Positions 14,421 to 27,139 are shown, counted from the first letter of the stretch. The stretch is DNA of 64,000 nucleotides from Epiperipatus broadwayi (GCA_028023455.1 JAQFVV010000005.1:17670001-17734000), one strand, 5' to 3'. Notes: generated by a model not told the origin, from the letters alone. Program-made: numbers and translations.

Positions 14421-17400
14421 AACAGTCATCTTCAATATGCCCTGGATGGTTTAGTGCAATGGGAAAATGTCAAATTCTGGAATATAAGGTACTCAGATTG
14501 ATTACAGTTCTGACACTTCCAGCACTCAACTTCCTGTGAACTCCCAAGAAATAAAGCTATTTGATTTTTTTACTATAATATAAACAAAATGATATTAAAT
14601 TAGAAGACTACATACTTTAGTTTTCCATAATCAAATCATAAGAAATAAAATATATAAGAAAGAACAGTTTAATTATATTTTAAAAATAAAATATTTACTT
14701 TGAAGGATTTTTATTTCACAATAAAAATACACTCCTATTAGTCTTCAGCCATTTGTATTTTCACTTGGATTGTATTTTTTTTTAAATGGGTATTTACTAT
14801 ATATTGTCCTTATTTTTATATATTAATTGAGTAACTTATATAAAAATTTCTTTTCTTCTTTGTATTTTTCTTGATTCGCATTTGAACAGATTACTCTCTT
14901 ATATTATTTTAATAAATTTAAATTTCTTCTTTCCATATGCTAACTTATATCAAAATGTTTAACTTTTTAAAATTTTACAACATATTAAAATTTTAAAATA
15001 TTATTAAAAATAATAATATTTTTTATTTATTTAAAGTAATCTTAAATTATTATTTCTATTGAATTAAAATAAAACCATTTTTCAATTAAAATAAATTATT
15101 AAATAAATACACAATTACTGCCTCAATGTAATAAAAAAAAAGCGCAATTTCTAGAGAATATTTGTTATTTTTCTTTGGAAAAAACAGAAATGGTCAACAA
15201 ATAGGTAAATTTCTGAGTTATTTTGAACCATTAATAAGGAATAAATTACCACAAAATTTTAAAACATAAAATAACTTGTTATCTAATTAAGATACACTAA
15301 ATTTAAAGACTTTTCAAATCCCCAACGAATCAAACACCGTAGCGTTCAATATCATTTTAAATTCGACTCCCGTTTGAAGAATTAAATACAAAATTTGGTT
15401 TTTTGAAATATTTATTATTCTACAATTTGAAAATTTAAAGTTTTTAATCAGAAGTTTTATAAAATGAAAATTTGTTTTTAAAAAAAAAAAGTTTAGTAAA
15501 ATAAAGTAAAGCGTAAATTTGTCAAAATCTTTTAATATTTCCTTCTTTAATTCTAATAAAATATATATTGATTGATAATAATTTTATAAGCCAGAATAAT
15601 TCTAGTTAATTTGTTTAACATTTACATAAACATTCTTTAAATAATAAACAACTATTTTATAATTTATCGCAGTTTAAAATAATAAAGTAATTCTGTAATT
15701 GTATTCCTGGATTAACCAATGGATAAATAAATACTTCATGGATAGGATAAACTTGGAACACTTTTGATAGAGAGAGTAGGATAATAACTTTATGAAAAAC
15801 ATTTTATTTAAATTTATTTTTAAAATTTTTGTTTACAAATTAATCTAATATTCTTTAATAACTAACAAATGGAATAACAGTATGGAATTTAACTACAGTA
15901 TAGCTATTACCTCATATACTTATTATTCTACACATTGTACATGGATCCACGGACACATTAGGAGTACAAAAGCTAACAACCAATTTGTGAACACACTGCT
16001 AAAATTCAGTATTTGAACTATAAAATGCTTTAATTTAGTTTTACACACCACCACCTAAATGTTATATGTTAATGAATAATACATTTATTTAATTTTATCG
16101 TTATATGAACTCGCATATGAAGTTCATAAGTTATATTTGTTAGATTTAAATTAATAAAGGTTGAATAAAATATTTATTCAAAAGAATAGCGTCGAGAAAG
16201 CTAAACAGTACTTAATGAATTCATGAGATATACCAACTTTAGAGATATTTTGTGAGCTTTCCAGATTTATATCCCATGCCAATATTATTTACATTATATT
16301 ATACATGTTTATTTTAAGCAAGATAAGTAGTACATTAGTTGTCCTGATTAGTCATATTTTACTAAGCAGAACCCCGCTAAAGTGTCAGCGTATTCTGAAT
16401 AATCAGAAGAATTGAGGGGGATGATTTGCACTTTAATGTGAAGTAAATTATAATGTTGTTTTAGTATGTTAAAGGCTTTAATCTGTGCTGGTGGTTAATC
16501 CGCGATTATTTTAATTGCCATTTTGTATTTTACACCTCCGCCTGGTGGTAACCTGGGATATCTAGACTTGATGTTTAAAGCAAAGTTAGTATTATTTATC
16601 TGAGATGAATACACCACAGGAATGTGCTTCACGAATAGTGGGCAAGATTTGTTAACGCCAAAACCTCTTTGACTATTTTTAGATTGATAAAGGCAACGGA
16701 CTTCTATCAGCTTCTGAAATAGTTGGTAATATACCGAGTTTACTTTTAGATTACATATAGCTAAACATACAACACATATTTATTATATTATTATAGGTAT
16801 ACAGTAGGGATTTATTGAACTGGAAAGACGCAATATTTCTAGTACGAATTTATAGCCACTCATAGATTGAATAGGTATGATAGTTTTTAAAACTACCTAA
16901 AGTATGAGAAGTAAATTTATTATTATTTGTTTATTTATTTTATTTAAAATACGAAATTAACTATTTATTGTTCATAAGTTTGTAAAAAAAGTGATTTATA
17001 ATAAACTGCCGCTAGTCATTCATAACACGAAACATAAACTTTGGATAGGCACATTATAGGCACATTGAATTACATATTATTGCTACAGATATAAGAATTT
17101 ATTAATATTTTGGAACTAAGAGCCGCTTTGGTAGTATAGATTGGTAGGGACAAAAAACCCATCCTTTCCCTTGGCTGGGATTGTAAACAATAATATAAAC
17201 TGTGAACGATTTATTCAATAAGATAGATTAAATATATTTACAACTTTTAAATTTTCATCGTCAAACAATAAGAGCTCAATGATATATTAAATTATAAAAG
17301 AACCCAATATTCATGTTTATTAATTGCAAAGCTTTACCGGACGCACTGTCTTAGAAACATATAGAGATTTAAAATTTCATAATTTTAGGGTCCACAAATC

Positions 17401-17636
17401 CTACTTGTACATGGTGGCCAAGGGCCAACCAAAAAAGCAAATGAGGTTTAAGGGGATAAAAGCCTTATAATTTGTTTAATATGTTTTATAATAATACAGA
17501 AGGCTCGCGGAACCCGGCGCGACAAATAAATATAAAAGTTAGGTAACATATTTGTCGTAGAAGCCCCGAGGATTGGGCTTTGTGCAAAAAAAAAGAGAAG
17601 CTTTTGGACGCCAAGCGAGGCAAGGGTGACGGACCA

Positions 17637-17690
17637 GGGAACCGGGGGGACCATGCGGCGGGGGGGGAGGGGGGGGGAGGCCGGGGGAAT
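17637..17690 (+). other. G-rich tract, putative G-quadruplex, within a local GC/CpG-rich island (~17500-17690)
   Basis: GGGAACCGGGGGGACCATGCGGCGGGGGGGGAGGGGGGGGAGGCCGGGGGAAT contains at least five G-runs of 3 or more. Confidence 0.6.
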
Positions 17691-17802
17691 AGAATATTTT
17701 ATTTTGAAATTTGAGCTAGTCTTTTTTTTATATAATTTACTGAAATATTTTATAAGAAAAGGTATAATAATATCCATATCTCTTTTTCATAAACAAAAAA
17801 CG

Positions 17803-18017
17803 TCATCATCATCATCAACTATTATCAATCCACTGCAGGATGAAGGTCTCTCCAAAGTTCAATCCATCTTCTCTGATCTTTAGCTTCTCTTCTTTACATT
17901 ACTCCAGCACTCTTTCTTATTTCATCCATCCATCTCACATGTGGTCTCAGTTTAAGATTTCAATTGTCCATCTATTATCATCTCTTCCAGCAATATGTCC
18001 GCCCAACTCCACTTCAG
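17803..18017 (-). mobile_element. Young RTE LINE 3' fragment (5'-truncated)
   Basis: Near-identical to the 3' end of the 58141-61290 element, with a (TGA)n tail. Possible 5-bp TSD AACGT. Confidence 0.93.
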
Positions 18018-20739
18018 AACGTTATAGTCAATTTTTCTTATATTATTTTTTTAAAAAATCTATTTTTAACATATTTACATTCTAGAAAGCGACATAAGGG
18101 AGACCTACCATAGGAAAAAAGAATATATGAACTTACTAAGAAACAATGTTTAAATCCATCCAAGCTGGGTAAAAAATTTATGGCCGAGATGCTCAACCAG
18201 ACAATCGTGATTACCTGTTGATCAGGAAGATTTCTGTAACACATTCTGACAGAAATTATTACTTATAAAATATTTTCTTGGTTTTATATATTTAGTGAGT
18301 CAAGATTTTCAGACATACTTACTATTATATTAAAAAAATTTGAATAGCTTGGTGAAGATGTATGATTGTCCATATCCTTTTACATTCCTCAATTATAAAA
18401 AAATATTAAAGCAATGTAATATCCAAGATCTCATTAATAGTAGTGTTTTTTTTAATTTTGCGTCTATTTCATTATAAATCTTCATATTTTAAATGATTAA
18501 TCAACTAAAAAAACCGCATTCTAACATTGTATTTTTCTACAGTATATGAATAAATCATATAATCATTGTCAAAAATAAAGCAGCTTATATTTGTAAAAAA
18601 GGTGAGTAGCTCTGCTATAAATAAAACATATATATAATGATAAGAACATATATTAAACAATGTGAAAAAGAAAAACAGCCACTGAAAGCACTCACAAACA
18701 ATAATTCCACATAAAAATAACAAAGCTTAAAAATAATGGTGAAGATGTTCTGCTTGGTTAAGCATAAAGAGACAGACTCCAGAACCAAAGATTGCAAAAT
18801 CGATTTTGAGTTCAGTTAATACTATTAACACTCGATATCATTCAACTTTCTGAATAACTAATCAAACAATTATTTATGGCGATGATGATAATAGGATATT
18901 CAACTATTTATAACATCTGACTGTTTAGACTCCATCTTCATATAATTGGATAATGTCTATGTCAGAGTAAACAAAAAATTAGCTTCCTTTTCTTGGAAAT
19001 ATTGCGTTCACTGAATTATTTTATAATAAAATTCATGAAAATTAAAAGAAAAAAAATTATAAGAATCGCTGAACATTTTTTTTTATAATTCATTCTTTTA
19101 ATCTTATTATTTTAATCTGATCATATATATTTAAAACAATGATTTTAATCTAGTAATTTTAGTTTGACACATTAAAAAAACTATCCAATTGCTGATATTA
19201 TATCTATGAAACAAACTACAATTATAAAAAAAAAACCGTAGAATGTTGCCATTAAACACAAAAATACCCGTATGTATGGACTCACTTTACACATATCTAT
19301 GCAAAATGTCTTTAATATCAATAATATTAAGTTAAAAATTATTGTAAAAGCGTATACTGCATTGCATAGTTTGGTGAAGTAGTAGAGTAACAGATTCTTA
19401 AGATTAAGGTCTGTAGATTTCATTCGGCTCTGTCTCCACCAGCACTGAAACTTCTAGTGATCTGCAGAGCACAAAGCTATTAAATGCATAATATTCTGAA
19501 ATCCTTACTCCCTGGATCATTCTGAATTAATGGTGTTTACAGTCTAAAAAAGTATTGCAATAATAATGGCAAAAATGAACACTAGAAACTTGAAAAACGA
19601 TGCATTAAATATTAATTTAGAGCTAGCTGTAATTATAAAAAATCTTGCATCTCCATTATGTTTTTAAGAAAATTGTGAGTTTTTTAAATTCTTAAATGCA
19701 TTTAATAACTGACATATTATTATTATAGTGAGTGGAGAAAAAGTTGCTTTACTATGATATTAATCTATTATCTATTAATAGGTCTGTCACTTATTTTATT
19801 ACCGTTCATGGTTTAGTGCAGTACTGTGGAGCTCAGGAGTCAGCTCCAGTTCTGTTACTGTCACTGCTTCAACTTTTTATAAGCTCTCAAGCAACAAGAC
19901 ATTTGTTTTTGCTGCAGTAGAATGCTATGTATTAGAGTTCAAGGTTCATGAACCATGATTCAAATGTTTGAATTTCACATAAAATCCCAAGCTAGCTTTT
20001 TTTATTATAACCACTTAATGTAGGAGATAATACAAAAATCACTCAACAACTTAATTAACACAATGTCAGTGAAGCAAGATTTTATGTTCTTTGTTATCAT
20101 CATTGGATTTTTGCTAAAATGCTTTAGCAATCCTAGATGGTATTAAAAAGACATAAAATAAATATACTGTTTAAATAACACACATAAGACAAATAACTAA
20201 AAGGCATCCTTTTACCATAACATATGCTATCTGGTAACCATGGTTTTAGACAATTAAGAAAAGACATGCTAGATTATTAGTAAACAGATATTAGTGTTTA
20301 ATCTGACTGAATTTAAAATAAAAAGAGATCAAATGAGTTACAATCAAAACAAACTACATATTTTTATAATTATAGAAAACCATAATTTCACACACATCAT
20401 TTTACAATCATTTTTATGATTTATGTTTTTTTCCACAGGTTTTTAGAATTAAATCCTTTAAAAAATCCCAGATTTTAAATACTTTAATATATAATTAAGA
20501 CTGACTAATTTTCAAATTTCTATCCCTACTTCTCTCACCTCAACTCTCTTATATCCAGCAGTGCAGAAATTCAGATCATCTTCTCACATTTTACAACAAA
20601 TCTTTGTTTTTCAGATGAATCTTGAAGTATCAAATACCCAAATCTCCATGCCCATATCAACTGCTTGATATTTTTCATTACACCACTCTTATACAGACAT
20701 GGACTGATTTCTGTTCACTTTTAACACCTTATAAATGGG

Positions 20740-20998
20740 CAAACCAGCAAGCATCACATGATCACATGTAGAAATAAAAGGTGGTTGCTAGAGGGTTGCA
20801 TTAGATCCTAAGATCTAGATGCAGCGCTCTCAGATCCAAAGCTCCTCACTGATGAAGGCCACAAGCCAGAAACTAGTCTGGGGATATTGGATGAGTAGGC
20901 ATTAGATAGCGATTTTATGCACAAGCCTTCTGGGATCCATTGATTACTCTGTTTAGCACAGGTGGCACTACTATATGGAGTTTTGCTTTGCTTTGTTT
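20740..20998 (+). mobile_element. Hammerhead-bearing non-coding retro-repeat family A, copy A1 (retrozyme/Penelope-like)
   Basis: 14-bp TSD ACCTTATAAATGGG at 20726-20739 and 20999-21012. A short antisense arm (...CATCACATGATCAC) is followed by a sense arm containing an intact hammerhead. Confidence 0.85.
20843..20884 (+). ncRNA. Type I minimal hammerhead ribozyme motif, family A
   Basis: TCCTCA-CTGATGA-A-GGC(CACAA)GCC-A-GAAA-C(TA)G-TC|TGGGGA. Stem I 6 bp, stem II 3 bp, palindromic ACTAGT stem III. Predicted cleavage after C20878. Confidence 0.8.
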
Positions 20999-21818
20999 AC
21001 CTTATAAATGGGTGAATAATCATTACATTAATGATATTTTTTTATATTTTTATTCTTTACTACTACCTTTCTCATCTTAGCATTACCACATCACAACCAT
21101 CTATGAGTACAGAAACTCAGATCATCATGTTTCTGAGCTATTATTATGATTATGATATGGTGAAGTTAAGTTGAGAACAATACTACAAACTCAGATCATG
21201 ATTGTCAATTCTTTTACTCACCTTACAACATGTTTTAGCTTTGTTCAGGATTTGAATTCCTGACTATGAAAATAATAAATTAATAGAGTGACAACTATAT
21301 CTTCAGACATGCCAACTGGATACATTTCTTTTTATTATAACAATGAAATATATATTTATTAGGTTCTGAAAAATTTCATTCTTACTAATCAGCAGAAATA
21401 AAATTATGTCTCTAAATATACATCCAAGCTTTTGCACTGTATTTTTTACATCAATTGAAATAATTTGTCTATCCATAAGTGAGCCTAGGATAAAACTATA
21501 GAAAATTGTGCCATGATTCTCACTATATTATGGTATGCAACCAATGTCTTAACCAGTTATGAATATCATCAAACCAAATCAATCTGCTTGTTTACCTATC
21601 AGCCTACCTTCTTCATAATACAGTAGAACAATTTTTGATGTTTGCACTTGAATATAAAATTGCCTTATTTATATCGTATCATACTCTAACAATTATTTTA
21701 TGCATACACATAAATATAGAACTGACTTATAATTTTCCCTCTTTGTTTTCAATAACTGAATATGAAATAATTTATGATAGAAAGGTATAAAGATATTTTG
21801 TTAATTTCTATGTTTAAT

Positions 21819-22013
21819 CACTAAACATCACATCACCACCATTTCTTATGCTGGCACATAACTGTTATTAAACAGACAAAACTCTGCATACAGTAGTGCC
21901 ACCCTGTGCCAACCAGAGTAATCAATGGATGCCAGAAGGCTTGTGCCTTCTGGCAGCCATTGATTACTCTGGTTGGCACAGGGTGGCACTTCTGTATGCA
22001 GAGTTTTGCCAGT
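21819..22013. mobile_element. Family A copy A2: near-perfect palindrome of two inverted 3' arms
   Basis: 18-bp TSD TTAATTTCTATGTTTAAT at 21801-21818 and 22014-22031. The arms meet at GCCAGAAGGC-TTGT-GCCTTCTGGC. Confidence 0.85.
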
Positions 22014-22879
22014 TTAATTTCTATGTTTAATGACATATTCATGTGGATAAGGATTTGTAAGTTAAAGATTTAAAAATGTATCTCAATATCATCACCATTA
22101 CCACTCATAAACAAGAATATTCATTCTAATTCCCAAAAGAAACAAAACAAATAATAAAAAAGTTAGAGAAAATTAACATTAATAATTATCAAATGGTTTT
22201 ATTGCTCAGGAATCAATAAGTTTAAGTACTAGAAGTAACAAATCTGGGTATAATCTACAAACCACAATGTCTAGAGATTGCCACTCTAATCACTGCACTA
22301 AATCAATGCCAGTATTGCAGCAATTAGAAGTAAATGTGGTTGCTCAAACACATTAACCCCATTGCCACAATTACTGCAGCAAGATAACTAATGGCATAGG
22401 AGACTGATGGTAACTGGACCCTGCATTAAATAACTAAAGCAACTGTTATGGATTATTATTCTTTTCAAGCTAAAGTAATAAATTTTATGTTACCTATAAG
22501 ATTATGATTAACTGGCACCCTTCCAAAATATGTTTCACCTATGCATGAAAAAGAATTAAAAGGATAAGAAAATCAGTTTGTAATTAAAATCAAAATTCTT
22601 CATCTGTATTTAAATTGCCATGCGGTTTAATATACTCATAGAGTGCTTGGAATCCTAAAGTAAAAGTTTTTGAATTGACTCTCAGTTGAGTAGAGTAACA
22701 AAGTATCACTTTGCTCAACTGATTGGAATTCCCATGCTTGGTTTATCATTTGAATGCACAAATGCTATGATCTCCTATGCAACTACTACATAGAGAAATA
22801 GTAAATCTATTTCTCTTCCTCCATTTCTGTTACTTAGTGAAAGATTGGATAATCAACAAATGACAAATAATGCTTAAGA

Positions 22880-22965
22880 AGTCCTTATCTAGTGCTCATC
22901 TAACTATATCCCCAAACTAGTTTATAGTTTAAAACATTCACCAGTGAACAGATTTGGGCCTGGAT
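22880..22965 (-). mobile_element. Diverged family A-related fragment with a decayed hammerhead
   Basis: Minus strand reads TTCA-CTGGTGA-ATGTTTTAAACTA-TAAA-CTAG-TT-TGGGGATAT...GATGAGCACTAGATAAGGAC. It shares the family A downstream flank; the core is mutated. Confidence 0.55.
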
Positions 22966-23414
22966 TCAGTACATTTTAATTTTTAGAGTTAATGCTCCTT
23001 TCCTTCAGAAACCATCTTTTACACATCTTTTTATTTTTTACTATCAAGTTGCCATCAAGAACATCAAAAACATCTTAATATATTGAATCTATGCCAATTT
23101 CCTTGCATAGTTATATAGATCTGACACTAGTTTAGTTTCTATATATTTGTTCTTCAGTTTTTTTAATAGCTGTGAATACTTACATTCTTTGGCCAAGATG
23201 GTTATGACACCAACTAAACATCACATGATCCATGCTTATACATTGTTTTTAAAGAGAAAATCTATTTCTTCTATTCCAATTTTGTTTCATTTATCTGTGT
23301 GTTAAAACAGGCAAAACTCTCCATACAGTATTGCCATTCAGTGTAAGCCAGAGAAATCAATGGATGCCAGAAGGCTTGTGCATAAAGTCCTCATCTAGTG
23401 CCTACTCATCCAAT

Positions 23415-23457
23415 ATCCCCAGACTAGTTTTTGGCTTGTGGCCTTTGCCGTGAGGAG
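23415..23457 (-). ncRNA. Family A hammerhead, core-mutated
   Basis: TCCTCA-CGGCAAA-GGCCACAAGCCA-AAAA-CTAGTC|TGGGGA. Both CUGAUGA and GAAA are altered; the stems are retained. Confidence 0.6.
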
Positions 23458-23858
23458 CCTTGGATCTGAAAACACTGCACCTAAAACTTTGAATCTAATT
23501 CAATGCCACCTTTTATCTCTACATAACTACAAAACTATGAGTCTTAAATTGAAAACACAATAATGTTTTCAATTCAAGCTCATTAGCTTATATATTCATA
23601 TTGATCTGAACTCAGTTCAGTACCTACATTTTGGTGTCTTTGGTTCTTTAATAACCATAGCCATCACTATCTTATTAGGCAGGATTGGCTTTAAGCCATT
23701 AAGCTATCATGATCACCATCTCTTATGCTTTCTTGTAACCGTTATTAAAACAGGCAAAACTCTCCATGCAGTATTGCCACTCAGTGCAAGCCAGAGTAAT
23801 CAATGAATGCCAGAAAACTTGTGCATAAAATCCTCATCTTATGCTTACTCATCCAATA

Positions 23859-23899
23859 TCCCAGACTAGTTTCTGGCTTGTGGCCTTCATCAGTGAGGA
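23859..23899 (-). ncRNA. Family A hammerhead, intact core
   Basis: TCCTCA-CTGATGA-A-GGC(CACAA)GCC-A-GAAA-CTAG-TC|TGGGA. Predicted cleavage between 23864 and 23863. Confidence 0.78.
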
Positions 23900-24285
23900 G
23901 CCTTGGATCTGAGAGCACAGTGCCATTGATTACTCTGGCTTGCACTGAGTGGAAATACTGTATGGAGAGATTTTTCTGTTTTAATAATAGTTATAAGCAA
24001 GCCTAAGAAATTGTGATCATGTAATGTTTATTGGCTTAAAACCAATCCTGCCTAATAGGATAGTGACAGCTATGGTTATTAAAGAACCAAAGCCACCAAA
24101 ATGTATAGATACTGAACTAAGTTCAGACCTATATGACTAGATAAGCTAGTGATCTTGAATTGAAAATATTATTGTGTTTTCAATTTAAGACTCATAGTTT
24201 TGTAGTTAAGTAGAGATAAAAGGTGACTGCTGGAGAGTTGCATTAGATCCTAAGATCTAGGTTACAGTACTCTCAGATTCAAGGC

Positions 24286-24327
24286 TCCTCACTGACAAAG
24301 GCCACAAGCCAGAAATTAGTCTGGGGA
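24286..24327 (+). ncRNA. Family A hammerhead, G8->A variant
   Basis: TCCTCA-CTGACAA-A-GGCCACAAGCC-A-GAAA-TTAG-TC|TGGGGA. Confidence 0.65.
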
Positions 24328-26551
24328 TATTGGATGAGTAGGCAGTAGATGGGGATTTTAAGCACAAGCCTTCTGGCATCCAGTGATTACTTGTGCTTGC
24401 GCTGAGTGGCACTACGGTATGAAGAGTTTTGACTTTTTTTAATAACAATTATAAGCAAACACATACACATATATAAATTTATAAAATTCATAATCCTGGG
24501 GGTTTGAAACTTTTAAATCATTAATTTATTATTCATAGTGGAATATTAATAAAAATGGTATTACAGGGAATATAATGCAACTTTCAGCATATCTTTCTCA
24601 CATTGACAATCAGCAAACAGAATTTTATGAATCATAACTAATTATGAAAATCTAATTGCAATACCATTTAACAAAATAATCACATGATTTGTTGTCTAGG
24701 AATCTTGTGACGTTTGAGCACCAAAAATGGCAGATTTAGCTTTGATACAGAAACTTTTTTCTGCTCTCACATCTACCATCTTAAAAACAAAAAAATTGTT
24801 AGTTGCTGAATAGGGCATGTGACCTTCTATCACTATACTAAAGTCACATAAGGTATTGCCATTCACCTAATACTTACATAGTTAATTGGACTGAAAAGAG
24901 AAACAATAAACTGTTTGTCTAGTTATGAATTAAACTCTGTATGAGATTGTCATAGAATTAATTTCAGGTATGTAAAATTGTACAGATGATTCTTAGTTTT
25001 AATCAGGTTAGTTTTTTACAGTTATAACTTTTCAATAAGATCCAGAAGATGGTATGATCATGTATGTAAAACAGACATATCAAAAATTTTCATGCAGTTT
25101 AAACAAGTAAACTGTAATGTATCACAAAAAAATCTTACAACATATTGCAATAATTATTTAAATTTTTTTTGTCCAAATTTGAACTCATCTCATGAGCATA
25201 GCAAGATACTTCAAAATAAAATGTGGAAAAATCATGAAAAATCTTTCCTTTACAAAATGAAATACAGTATTGTAGCTTTAGATTTTATTTCTTGTATCAC
25301 AAGAGCATGGCTAATAAAGAAATGTAATATTTAATATCATCATAAACAAAAAAAGAAGACAGAATTGAACAAAGCATACACCAACTTCTTTTCCAATTTA
25401 CATCAGTTGAAATCAATGGCAATTCCAGAAACCCCAATGTAAATATTAAAAGAAAACTTCAGTCACAGAGCAGGAAGAAACTAATTTCTGTCTTCTACTT
25501 TTATTCCATAAAATCTAAATCAAAAAGTTTAACCACACTAAATTTTTAAGTGAAATATACTAAATATTATTGCTACTGATTTTATCATTACTTACACCAT
25601 AGCTTTTAAAGTTTGGAAGAGAAATGTTATTTGTATAAATATAATAGTGGAAGATTTCACAAAATATTATACATATAAAGTCCTCATAATAATAATAATC
25701 AAATAGTTTATTATTCAGGAATTTACAAAAATTTCAAGCACTGGAAATGACCTGGGAATGACCTTGAGTTTCAGTCTGTCATTCTACTATTCCACCAAAC
25801 CACACAGAACAATAAACTCATAATGTAGTTGCTAATTATCAATCTAACACGATCCTGCTCTGGGATTCAAATCATAATAATGTCTGGGGGTTTCTTTAGT
25901 GTTTGATTCATAATCAATCTAAAAAGTTGACTAACTTCAGTCAATAAATGAAAATCTACTTTTAGCTCAGTATAAAATAAATCCAAGTAGTATGAATTGA
26001 TCAGAGAAGGATATTTGAAATACCTATAAATGTTGAACTCATAATTTAACTTTATCTTTATAAGTAGATTGGTAAAACAGCTTTTAAATAGATTACCATA
26101 AGCAAATTTCTCTACAATAATCGTTCTAGAAAAATAGCAAAAGAAAAGACAGTACTCATAAGGTTTGTCAATTGTTTAGAGGTAAAGATTTGAGAGTGTA
26201 TGATTAGCCGAGCTTGTTTATAGGCTGACTAAGTGAAAAAAGTAGTAAGTCTATTTTAAAAAAAATTTCAATTTTCCCCCAATCTGCATTCGAAGTTAAA
26301 CCTTATGACAGAAAGATGCACTATCAAGTCCTTTTATTTTTGTTAATAAACTTTATATAGTGTCTGAATGGGAATTAATATGAGATTGCAACTTTTTATC
26401 TCTTTAAATAGTTCTTTGACTATTTGAATAAAAAATCACTGTTATTATTTTGAAACATTATTTATTCTGTTGTGTTTGTAAAAATGGCAGACATGTTTGT
26501 GCACTCCAGAAAAAACTAGAATTTATTCGAGAAGTTGTTTTTAGATCGCGC

Positions 26552-26690
26552 GCTGATAACTGTGATTTAATTAAGGCATTGACGTAATGGTGATCGACTA
26601 TTCCAAGAGATATTTGCTGATTGCAAATATTTCTGGATAAGAGATGATATCTTATTGGATGGTGTATTAATTGTTACAGTTATCAGCAAG
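26552..26690. repeat. Foldback hairpin with a nested central palindrome
   Basis: GCTGATAACTGTGATTTAATT pairs with AATTGTTACAGTTATCAGC. Central TCCAAGAGATATTTGC-TGATT-GCAAATATTTCTGGA. Confidence 0.55.
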
Positions 26691-26739
26691 CGATAAGAAG
26701 ACTGGGTAACAACTACACAGTGTAATATAGAGAGCAGTC

Positions 26740-27040
26740 GTGCAGTAGCAAGTTGCACACCATTCGTTTGGAGAGCATCCGCTTTCAGACCATTCATTGG
26801 AGAGCAGTCGATGCAGACCATTCGTTGGAAAGCATCCATGGCAGAGCATTCGTTGCAGACCATTCGTTTGGAGAGCATCCATTGCAGAGAATACAGGGTA
26901 TATTCAGAGCATTCGTTGGGGAGCATACGCACCAGAGCATTAGTTTCAGAGCAGAGCATTCATTGCAGAGTAGAGCATTAGTTGCAGAGTAGAGCATTAG
27001 TTGCAGAGCAGAGCATACGCAGCAGAGCATTCGTTGCAAG
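26740..27040. repeat. Degenerate minisatellite with CAGAGCATTCGTTG core
   Basis: About 15-20 variants of (CA)GAGCATT(C/A)GTTG(CA). It explains the overlapping ORFs at 26567-27063. Confidence 0.85.
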
Positions 27041-27139
27041 AGAACATCATGGAAATTGAACATAGTTATTTGCTAACCGCCCAGTCCTTCTTGCGGATAT
27101 AACATTTGCATAGTCAGACAGGCGGATAGAACAGATTCA

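Larger units (their letters stand above)
23212..24455. mobile_element. Family A copy A3: two oppositely oriented tandem arrays of a ~440-nt monomer joined 5'-to-5' at ~23922
   Basis: The minus arm carries hammerhead motifs with cleavage sites at 23864 and 23422 (period 442 nt). The plus arm 23923-24455 holds a partial plus a full monomer. 23501-23715 is the reverse complement of ~24010-24225. Confidence 0.85.

Noticed and set aside
23120-23165. Minus-strand CTGAAGA...GAAACTAAAACTAGTG
   Set aside because: No stem II, a GUG triplet and no stem I.
26567-27063. Four overlapping ORFs on both strands
   Set aside because: By-products of the minisatellite.
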